Positions 7,131 to 14,514 of a stretch of 37,672 bases of DNA are shown here, piece by piece; positions within the stretch are counted from its first letter, which is position 1, and every line of letters starts with the position of its first letter. The notes under the pieces are model-generated. The model saw only the letters and a list, made by a program, of their open reading frames with translations. It was not told the origin of the DNA and made no database searches. Origin of the DNA: a virus; IMG/VR virus record IMGVR_UViG_3300043015_000381, positions 1 to 37,672 of that record; one strand, given 5' to 3'. The translations under genes and the position numbers were made by a program.

Positions 7131-7262
7131 CTATACCCAACTAATACCCTACTATACCTTAGCTCTAACAGCGCTCTAACAGCGCTCTAACGGGCTCTAT
7201 AAAGCTCTAAGCGCCTATGCCAGTATCTATGCCAGCACTATACAGCTATATAGCTCTATATA
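7131..7262. repeat. Helically phased array of about 13 short units, each starting CT[A/C]TA. The core is GCTCTAACAGC x2, followed by variants.
   Basis: Unit starts at 7131, 7141, 7152, 7163, 7174, 7185, 7195, 7205, 7215, 7227, 7238, 7246 and 7254. Spacings are 10-12 bp, then 8 bp. Confidence 0.8.
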
Positions 7263-7290
7263 TGTGAGCACTATGTCAGACTGTTAAGGG

Positions 7291-7324
7291 CTGTATAGAT
7301 CTAATAAGGTCTGTATAGATCTAA
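7291..7324. repeat. Direct repeat CTGTATAGATCTAA x2 with a 20-bp period
   Basis: Copies at 7291-7304 and 7311-7324. Each contains the palindrome TAGATCTA. Confidence 0.85.
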
Positions 7325-7443
7325 ATAGGCTGGTGAGTAGCATACTGTCCCCACACTTTCAAGCTTTTTAGACCTGAAATATTCTCAGCTATTCAGACCT
7401 TGACAGACTACACAGCCTATGCTAGCCCCCTAACATAGCACTG

Positions 7444-7474
7444 TAGATCTATACAGTACTGTACAGCTATACAG
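7444..7474. repeat. Inverted copy of the 7291 repeat (TAGATCTATACAG), fused to a diverged copy of the 18-bp repeat family from 5621
   Basis: The reverse complement of 7444-7456 is CTGTATAGATCTA. 7451-7474 (ATACAGTACTGTACAGCTATACAG) matches 5623-5646 at 22 of 24 positions. Confidence 0.8.
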
Positions 7475-7488
7475 GTCTGTGAAGTCTA

Positions 7489-7550
7489 GTTAGTGAGTAC
7501 TTACTTCAATGTTAGTGAGTACTTACTTCAATGTTAGTGAGTACTTACTA
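7489..7550. repeat. 22-bp tandem repeat GTTAGTGAGTACTTACTTCAAT, 2.8 copies
   Basis: Perfect copies at 7489-7510 and 7511-7532, and a partial copy at 7533-7550. Each holds the near-palindrome GTGAGTACTTAC centred on AGTACT. Confidence 0.9.
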
Positions 7551-7794
7551 GGCTATAGAGATCTGCTTAGGGGACGGGGGAGGGGATTGATGCGCTATTA
7601 TTTTTACTGTACCTGCTCAGACACAAAATAGACCAAAATTGACCCTAATTAGAGACACTATCTATCCAGACTCTGTAGCCTATAAAGTCCTACTAAATCA
7701 GTGGGTTATAGCTAAGAAGGCTATGGAGGAATGCGTGCAGAACCTATAAAGCTAAATAGCAATGTAGATTTATTAAAAAAGATCAGATTAGCTA

Positions 7795-7823
7795 TTGACT
7801 TTTGAGCTAAAATATGATATACT
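7795..7823 (+). promoter_or_regulatory. Sigma70-like promoter for the packaging operon
   Basis: TTGACT, 17 nt spacer, TATACT, then ATC CTATATAGTAAC. An A-tract lies upstream (tattaaaaaag). Confidence 0.6.
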
Positions 7824-7925
7824 ATCTATATAGTAACAACAAACATTGAATACTGTTGTCACCAATCATCAATCACTTTGTATCTATATAACAACTCTTA
7901 ACATATATCATTCCACTTGGAGAAA

Positions 7926-8408
7926 ATGATGAATGACCCAGATAAACCGATAGAGACTACTGTCGTTGACTCTATAGAGCCCGACAACTCTACCAATCCC
8001 GAACAGACTTCTTTGAAGAAAAGAGGGAGAGGAAGACCCCGAAAGACTGAAGTTGCGGCTAAGAAAAAAGGCTCTAGAGGGCAGGTTGGAAGACCTAAAG
8101 GTGATGCCGCCATAATGAACGAGTACAAAGCTCGTATGCTAAATAGCCCTAAGAGTCGTAAGGTCTTAGAGACTATCTTTGATGCTGCTTTGGATGATGA
8201 GCATAAGAACCAAGGAGCAGCTTGGAAGCTTATTATGGATAGACTACTTCCTGCAGGTATGTTTGAGCAAGAGGTCTCTAAAGGTCAACAGCGCAACGCA
8301 GTCAACATAACCATTAGTGGGGTTGGTGGTGAATCTATTAACATTGGTGCTACACAGACCTCTGAAGAAGAAGAGATATATGAAGGGGAGTACCGTGATG
8401 TCAACTAA
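7926..8408 (+). CDS. Putative small terminase / DNA-binding protein with AT-hook-like N-terminus
   Basis: The motifs KKRGRGRPRK and GRPKG, and its position just upstream of TerL. The ORF-track start at 7917 is TTG. The ATGs at 7926 and 7929 follow GGAG. Confidence 0.45.
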   Translation: MMNDPDKPIETTVVDSIEPDNSTNPEQTSLKKRGRGRPRKTEVAAKKKGSRGQVGRPKGDAAIMNEYKARMLNSPKSRKVLETIFDAALDDEHKNQGAAWKLIMDRLLPAGMFEQEVSKGQQRNAVNITISGVGGESINIGATQTSEEEEIYEGEYRDVN

Positions 8409-8874
8409 CCTTAACCAGTCCATGTTGGAACGTACACAGGATGACCTTATTCGCCACGAAGGCTATGTAGACCGTATCTACCTAGACACTGAAGGGCTAC
8501 GTACCTTTGGTGTTGGACATCTTGTTGGACGTAATGACCCTGAAGCTAATTGGCCTGTAGATACACCAGTTAGTGATGCTCGTATCTTGTTAGCCTTTGA
8601 AGAGGACTTCAATGAGGCTGTGAAGGATGCTTGTAGTATTATTCCTAATCTAGAAGCACACCCTAAAGAAGTTCAATCTATTCTCATTAACATGGCTTTT
8701 AACCTTGGCTATAATCGCCTATCTAAATTTAAGAAGATGATAGCGGCTGTAAGGGCTTGTGATTACGCTACAGCCTCGTTAGAGATGAAAGACTCTAAGT
8801 GGTATCGTCAAGTAGCTAGACGTGGAGAAGAGCTTGTAGAGCGTATGGCTAAGGTGGCTGCTGATGGAGCTTAA
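8398..8874 (+). CDS. T4-type lysozyme (GH24) endolysin
   Basis: HEGYVDRIYLDTEGLRTFGVGH shows the E-x8-D-x5-T catalytic spacing of T4 lysozyme. The internal ATG at 8398 has a GGGGAG RBS. The gene overlaps both neighbours by 11 nt. Confidence 0.85.
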   Translation: MSTNLNQSMLERTQDDLIRHEGYVDRIYLDTEGLRTFGVGHLVGRNDPEANWPVDTPVSDARILLAFEEDFNEAVKDACSIIPNLEAHPKEVQSILINMAFNLGYNRLSKFKKMIAAVRACDYATASLEMKDSKWYRQVARRGEELVERMAKVAADGA

Positions 8875-10114
8875 TGTTGAGTTACTACCTTGGCAACAAG
8901 AGGTCTTTAATGATGAGACTCGCTTTAAGATTGTAGCAGCAGGACGCCGTACTGGTAAGTCTCGTCTAGCGGCTTGGATGCTCATCATTTACGCACTACA
9001 GGCTACTAAAGGTCACGTATTCTACGTAGCCCCTACACAGGGACAAGCAAGGGATATCATGTGGCAGACGCTCTTAGAGCTAGCTAACCCTGTCATCAAG
9101 TCTACTCACATTAACAACCTACACATCACACTCATCAATGGTGCTACTATAGCCCTAAAGGGCGCAGATAGACCTGAGACTATGCGTGGTGTTAGTCTTA
9201 AGTTCCTCGTGTTGGATGAATATGCTGACATGAAGCCTACTGTGTGGGAACAGATACTACGTCCAGCGCTTGCCGACCAGAAGGGTGATGCGATGTTCAT
9301 TGGGACTCCGATGGGACGCAACCACTTCTATGACCTGTATACCTATGCAGCCAATGAAGATGATCCTACGTATAAGGCTTGGCACTTTACATCCTATGAC
9401 AACCCACTACTAGATCCAGCAGAGATTGATGTAGCTAAGAAGTCTATGTCATCCTATGCTTTTAGACAAGAGTTTATGGCTTCCTTTGAGGCACTAGGCT
9501 CAGAGATCTTCAAAGAAGAGTGGGTACAGTTTGGTAAAGAACCTGATGAAGGTGATTATTACATTGCAGTTGACCTTGCAGGCTTTGCAGACATAGCTAA
9601 TGCTCATACGAGTAAGGCTAAGAAGCTTGACCAAACAGCTATAGCGGTCGTTAAAGCCAACACTAGCGGGTGGTATGTAGCAGACATTATATACGGACGT
9701 TGGGATATTAAGAAAACAGCTCAAAAGATCTTTGATGCAGTGGCTAAGTATAAGCCTGTATCTATAGGTATTGAGAAAGGGGCGTTGAAGAACGCTGTAT
9801 TGCCCTACCTTACAGACCTTATGAAGGCCCATCAGCGCTATTTTAGGGTTGAAGAGCTTACACATGGCAATAAAAAGAAGATTGACCGTGTTGTTTGGGG
9901 CTTACAAGGCCGCTTTGAGAATGGTCAGGTAATTCTAGGCGAAGGTGAGTGGAATACAGAGTTCTGTGACCAGTTATTTCAGTTCCCTAACCCATTAGTA
10001 CACGATGACTTAATAGACGCACTAGCATACATTGACCAACTAGCAGTTCTTAGCTACTATGTTGACTATGAAGAAGACGATTTTGAGGTCTTAGACCCTA
10101 TAACAGGATATTAA
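8864..10114 (+). CDS. terL: Terminase large subunit
   Basis: Walker A AAGRRTGKS, Walker B FLVLDEYAD, GTP coupling motif. RNase H-like nuclease residues (AVDLAGF, HDDLIDALAY). Confidence 0.9.
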   Translation: MELNVELLPWQQEVFNDETRFKIVAAGRRTGKSRLAAWMLIIYALQATKGHVFYVAPTQGQARDIMWQTLLELANPVIKSTHINNLHITLINGATIALKGADRPETMRGVSLKFLVLDEYADMKPTVWEQILRPALADQKGDAMFIGTPMGRNHFYDLYTYAANEDDPTYKAWHFTSYDNPLLDPAEIDVAKKSMSSYAFRQEFMASFEALGSEIFKEEWVQFGKEPDEGDYYIAVDLAGFADIANAHTSKAKKLDQTAIAVVKANTSGWYVADIIYGRWDIKKTAQKIFDAVAKYKPVSIGIEKGALKNAVLPYLTDLMKAHQRYFRVEELTHGNKKKIDRVVWGLQGRFENGQVILGEGEWNTEFCDQLFQFPNPLVHDDLIDALAYIDQLAVLSYYVDYEEDDFEVLDPITGY

Positions 10115-10117
10115 TAG

Positions 10118-12187
10118 ATGAACTTTGAAGAAGATACGTATTTTGACAGTGACTCCCTAGAAGGATGGGTTACGGATAAGGTACAGCAGTGGCGTGACCA
10201 CTACGAAGCTAACTACAAAGAGCAATTTGATGAGTATTATCGTCTGTGGCGTGGTCAGTGGGACGGTAGCGACTCTATGCGTCAATCTGAGCGCTCTAAG
10301 ATTATCTCACCAGCCCTACAACAGGCTGTAGAAAGCTCTGTGGCAGAAGTAGAAGAAGCTACGTTTGGCCGTGGTAAGTTCTTTGACATCAAGGATAACT
10401 TCGGTGACACTGAAGCTACGGATGTTATGCTCCTTCGTAAGCTAATGTACGAAGACTTTGAATATTGTAAGATCCGTAAGGCTGTAGCAGAGTGTATCCT
10501 AAACAGTGCTATCTATGGTACTGGTGTAGGCGAGATTGTAATGGATGATGTTACTGATATTCGTCCAGCTACACAGCCTATGATGGATGGACAAGTTGAA
10601 GCAGTCGGTGTAGAGAAACGTGAGCGTACAGTAGTCAAACTACGTCCTGTTATGCCTCAGAACTTCTTAATTGACCCTGTAGCGACCTCTATTGAGGAAG
10701 CATTGGGTGTAGCTATTGATGAGTTTGTACCTCTACATCAAGTAGAACTTATGCAGGAGAAGGGCATTTACCGTGATGAGCCTATTACAGTAGATGCTCC
10801 TGATATTGACCTAGAACCAGATCAAACCTTGTATATGTACCAAGATGATAAGGTACGTATTACTAAGTATTACGGGCTTGTTCCACGCCATCTCTTTACA
10901 TCAGCAACCCTTGACGAAGATGAAGAAATGGTTGACCTTGCGGAGGGTGACGACACCGACTCTAGCTACGTTGAAGCTATTGTAGTTATTGCTAACGGCG
11001 GCACACTGCTGAAGGTAGAAGAGAACCCTTACATGATGGGTGATCGTCCTGTTGTAGCCTTTGCTTGGGACGTTGTGCCGTCACGGTTCTGGGGTCGAGG
11101 TGTTTGTGAGAAAGGCTATAATAGCCAGAAAGCGCTTGATACAGAGCTACGTGCTCGCATAGACGCTCTTGCACTCACTGTACATCCTATGATGGCTGTG
11201 GACGCCTCTCGCTTGCCTCGTGGCACTAAGATGGAGATACGCCCAGGAAAAACTGTCTTGACAAACGGTAATCCTGCTGAGATCCTACAGCCTTTCCGCT
11301 TTGGCAACCTAGACCCTAGTACATTCAACCAAGCTGCATCTTTGCAGAACATGGTACAGATGGCTACAGGTGCTGTCGATAGTACAGGCATTGCAGGCTC
11401 TATTAATGGCGATGCTACAGCGGCTGGTATCAGTATGTCTCTTGGCGCTATCATTAAGCGTCACAAACGTACTCTTATCAACTTCCAAGAGTCTTTCTTG
11501 TTGCCTTTTGTACGCAAAGCAGCATACCGTTACATGCAGTTTGACCCTGAGCGTTACCCAGTTAAAGACTACCAGTTCACTGCTAGCTCTTCGTTGGGCA
11601 TTATAGCTCGTGAGTACGAAGTTACACAACTTGTACAGCTTCTACAAACTATGTCTCCAGACAGCCCACTGTACCCAGCGCTTATTGAGAGCATTGTAGA
11701 CAATATGAACCTCTCTAACCGTGAGGAACTAATTGCACGACTGAAACAGGCAGCAGAACCTAATCCAGAAGCTCAGCAGGCAGCTCAGCAGGCTCAGCAG
11801 ATGGAACTGGCTATGAAGCAAGCTCAGATCCAAGCGTTCCAAGGACAGGCAGCAGACTTTAATGCTCGTGCTCAGAAGAACATGGCAGAAGCAGCAGTTG
11901 CTCAGTTTGACGCTGAGACAGATCGTATTAAAGCTATCAGCTCTAACCTACAGACAGGGAACCAAGATGATGTTGAGTTCCAGCGTAGGGCTAAAGTAGC
12001 TGAACTAATGTTAAAAGAACAAGCAATGGACATGAAAGGAGCATCTAATGCTAACCCCGTCACAGATCAAGGAGTTTCTATTACAGGTGGAGACAGCAAT
12101 CAACAACCTAGCCCAGCAGATGCAGGAGCTCCAGCAGAAAGTCGAGCGCCTCGAAAGCTCAGCTTCGGAGCAGGGCAAGACAGTTAA
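10118..12187 (+). CDS. Portal protein
   Basis: 689 aa ORF immediately after terL. It has a Q/A-rich C-terminal tail. The call rests on size and position. Confidence 0.75.
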   Translation: MNFEEDTYFDSDSLEGWVTDKVQQWRDHYEANYKEQFDEYYRLWRGQWDGSDSMRQSERSKIISPALQQAVESSVAEVEEATFGRGKFFDIKDNFGDTEATDVMLLRKLMYEDFEYCKIRKAVAECILNSAIYGTGVGEIVMDDVTDIRPATQPMMDGQVEAVGVEKRERTVVKLRPVMPQNFLIDPVATSIEEALGVAIDEFVPLHQVELMQEKGIYRDEPITVDAPDIDLEPDQTLYMYQDDKVRITKYYGLVPRHLFTSATLDEDEEMVDLAEGDDTDSSYVEAIVVIANGGTLLKVEENPYMMGDRPVVAFAWDVVPSRFWGRGVCEKGYNSQKALDTELRARIDALALTVHPMMAVDASRLPRGTKMEIRPGKTVLTNGNPAEILQPFRFGNLDPSTFNQAASLQNMVQMATGAVDSTGIAGSINGDATAAGISMSLGAIIKRHKRTLINFQESFLLPFVRKAAYRYMQFDPERYPVKDYQFTASSSLGIIAREYEVTQLVQLLQTMSPDSPLYPALIESIVDNMNLSNREELIARLKQAAEPNPEAQQAAQQAQQMELAMKQAQIQAFQGQAADFNARAQKNMAEAAVAQFDAETDRIKAISSNLQTGNQDDVEFQRRAKVAELMLKEQAMDMKGASNANPVTDQGVSITGGDSNQQPSPADAGAPAESRAPRKLSFGAGQDS

Positions 12188-12205
12188 GAAAAGTGTAAAA
12201 AGTTC

Positions 12206-12234
12206 TTGACAAAAGAGCTATTTTATGCTATAAT
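12206..12234 (+). promoter_or_regulatory. Consensus sigma70 promoter with extended -10
   Basis: TTGACA, 17 nt spacer, TGcTATAAT. Both hexamers are perfect. Confidence 0.7.
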
Positions 12235-12303
12235 GTAAAGTATAAGATACAGGCTTTAACACAAGTTAGGGTCTGTGTCAACAATTAATTAACAGGAACC
12301 CTT

Positions 12304-12546
12304 ATGGACAACTCCTTAGTAAAACAGTATGAAGATTATTTTGAGATGTTTACTACTAACGGCTGGAAGCTGTTGATGGAAGACATCGAAGGAATGATTA
12401 AAAGTTTAGACTCTATTGGCTATGTAAACACTCTTGAGGAACTGCATAACTATAAGGGTCAATTAAGTATGCTCCACCGTCTACGTGGTTTTGAAAATGC
12501 TATCACACAGGCGTACGAGCAGCTAACGGAAGAAGAGGCTAACTAA
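12304..12546 (+). CDS. Hypothetical protein, 80 aa, between portal and scaffold
   Basis: AGGA RBS. Its own consensus promoter lies upstream. Confidence 0.6.
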   Translation: MDNSLVKQYEDYFEMFTTNGWKLLMEDIEGMIKSLDSIGYVNTLEELHNYKGQLSMLHRLRGFENAITQAYEQLTEEEAN

Positions 12547-12687
12547 GGCTAAACTTCTTCTACAATAATAAAAGCGCTTCAGAGTTTAGGGGAGTCTATA
12601 ACGGAGCGCTTTAGGGTAAACAGTAGCTTTACTGCCCCTATTAAAACAAGGCTACTTCCACAATGCGATTAACGCACGGAGTTTATA

Positions 12688-13488
12688 ATGGCTATAGAAC
12701 TTTTAGATGACGAACGCCCAGAAGATCAACTTAATGAAGGTGAAGAATACTCAGGCTTTGATGAACAGGAAGCTGAACAAGCTAACCCTGAACCAGAAGA
12801 AGTAGAGGATGACGTACCAGAGAAATACCGTGGGAAGACACCCGCTGAGATTGCTAAGATGCACCAAGAAGCTGAAAAGCTACTAGGTCGACAGAGCAGT
12901 GAGGTAGGCGAACTCCGCAAGATTGTTGATGACTTTGTAAAGGCGCAACTCGCAACTAAGACTGCCCAAGAACAGTCCGAACCAGAGGAAGACGTAGATT
13001 GGTATGTCGATCCTCAAAAGGCTGTAGAAAAGGCTATTGCAAATCATCCTAAGCTACGAGAAGCTGAAGCTCTAACAACAGAGATGAAAAAAGCTAAGGC
13101 GCTCAATGAACTTAAATCTAAACATCCTGACTATACTGAAGTAATTGCAGATCAGGGCTTTGCAGATTGGGTGATGGCATCGCCAGTACGTCAAAGACTG
13201 CTTCAACAAGCTGACCAACAGTTTGATCTTGAAGCTGCTGATGAACTACTGAGTACATGGAAGGAACGCAAGGGTGCGGCTCGTACATTGGCAGTAAAAG
13301 AACAGACTGAACGTAAGAAGCAAGTTAAAGCAGCCTCTACAGGAGCTACAGCAGGATCTGGTGAGGCACCATCTCGCAAGATCTACCGTAGGGCTGATAT
13401 TATTAAACTTATGCAAACAGACCCAGATCGCTATATGCAGTTGGCAGATGATATTGCCCAAGCATATGCCGAGAAAAGGGTTCGATGA
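12688..13488 (+). CDS. Scaffolding protein
   Basis: 266 aa, acidic N-terminus, charged helical composition, located directly upstream of the capsid gene. Confidence 0.65.
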   Translation: MAIELLDDERPEDQLNEGEEYSGFDEQEAEQANPEPEEVEDDVPEKYRGKTPAEIAKMHQEAEKLLGRQSSEVGELRKIVDDFVKAQLATKTAQEQSEPEEDVDWYVDPQKAVEKAIANHPKLREAEALTTEMKKAKALNELKSKHPDYTEVIADQGFADWVMASPVRQRLLQQADQQFDLEAADELLSTWKERKGAARTLAVKEQTERKKQVKAASTGATAGSGEAPSRKIYRRADIIKLMQTDPDRYMQLADDIAQAYAEKRVR

Positions 13489-13517
13489 CTTAATCCCATT
13501 TTGAAAGGATCTTTATT

Positions 13518-14399
13518 ATGGCACTTGGCTCAAATCATGTAACTAACACTACCGCTGCTACTTTTATCCCAGAACTCTGGTCAGATGAAATCGTAGCAGC
13601 ATACAAATCTAACCTCGTGGTAGCTAACCTCGTCAACAAAATGCCTATGCGTGGCAAGAAAGGCGACACTATCCACATTCCTAAGCCTACTCGTGGCTCA
13701 GCTTCAGCTAAGGCTGCACAGACTCAGGTAACTCTGCAGGCTGCAACTGAAAGCGAAGTAATCGTAACTATCGACAAGCACTACGAGTACTCACGTCTGA
13801 TCGAAGACATCACCGAAGTACAGGCTCTTGCTTCTCTTCGTCGCTTCTACACTGACGATGCTGGTTACGCTCTGGCTAAGCAGGTTGATGACGATCTGTT
13901 TGCTGAAGCACAGGCTACCTTCACACTGTACGAAGTTGGTTCAGGTGGCGGTCTAGAAGCTTATGCAGCTAACGGCGCAGCTAACCCAATGACTGATGCG
14001 GCTTTCCGTGATGGTATCCAGCTCCTTGATGACTCTGACGTACCAATGACTCAGCGTGTACTGGTTATTCCACCATCAGCAGTTAATACTATCCGTGGTA
14101 TCGATCGCTACATGTCTTCTGACTTCGTTGATGGCCGTGGTGTTGTAAACGGTAAGATTGGTACTCTGTACGGCATTGACGTATACGTATCTACTAACTG
14201 TCCTGTTCTAGAGTCTGGCGCTAACAAGCTGGGCGTACTGATGCACAAAGATGCTCTGGTACTTGCTGAACAGCAGGGCGTACGTTCACAGACTCAGTAC
14301 AAGCAGGAATTCCTGTCTACACTGTTCACTTCTGACACTCTTTACGGTGTTAAAGCCATTCGCCCAGAAAACGGCATTGGTATCGTTCTGCCAGCATAA
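13518..14399 (+). CDS. Major capsid protein (HK97-fold type)
   Basis: The N-terminal FIPELWSDE motif is typical of podovirus capsid proteins. Strong RBS, biased codon usage, and a strong terminator downstream. Confidence 0.8.
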   Translation: MALGSNHVTNTTAATFIPELWSDEIVAAYKSNLVVANLVNKMPMRGKKGDTIHIPKPTRGSASAKAAQTQVTLQAATESEVIVTIDKHYEYSRLIEDITEVQALASLRRFYTDDAGYALAKQVDDDLFAEAQATFTLYEVGSGGGLEAYAANGAANPMTDAAFRDGIQLLDDSDVPMTQRVLVIPPSAVNTIRGIDRYMSSDFVDGRGVVNGKIGTLYGIDVYVSTNCPVLESGANKLGVLMHKDALVLAEQQGVRSQTQYKQEFLSTLFTSDTLYGVKAIRPENGIGIVLPA

Positions 14400-14412
14400 G
14401 GCAGGCTATGTT

Positions 14413-14440
14413 GGGGGCTCTTCGGAGCCTCCTTCTTTGT
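14413..14440 (+). terminator. Rho-independent terminator after the capsid gene
   Basis: 8-bp GC-rich stem with a UUCG tetraloop (gggggctc ttcg gagcctcc), followed by ttctttgt. A second 11-bp hairpin (14432-14442 with 14458-14468) overlaps it. Confidence 0.7.
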
Positions 14441-14514
14441 ATGTATAGGTTATGTATATACAAAGAAGCATAACAATATAGTTTCATTGCTTCCTACCAA
14501 TACAGGAATGAAGA

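Noticed and set aside
7400-7436. TTGACA at 7400-7405 as a promoter inside the repeat hub
   Set aside because: At 16-18 nt spacing the candidate -10 reads TAGCCC-like, with no TAnnnT match. This is insufficient support.
6949-7916. tRNA or other canonical RNA gene in the long non-coding region
   Set aside because: I could not find a T-loop-like GTTCRANNC box or a cloverleaf-compatible set of stems. No rRNA or tmRNA-like sequence was seen. A novel ncRNA cannot be excluded without a covariance-model search.
12571-12612. Hairpin AAAGCGCTTC...GGAGCGCTTT between the 80-aa gene and the scaffold gene as a terminator; likewise TGCCCAC-n6-GTGGGCA at 17085-17104 after the tail fibre
   Set aside because: Neither is followed by a U-run, and the first has a 22-nt loop. 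They may be RNA-stability or processing structures, but a terminator call is not supported.
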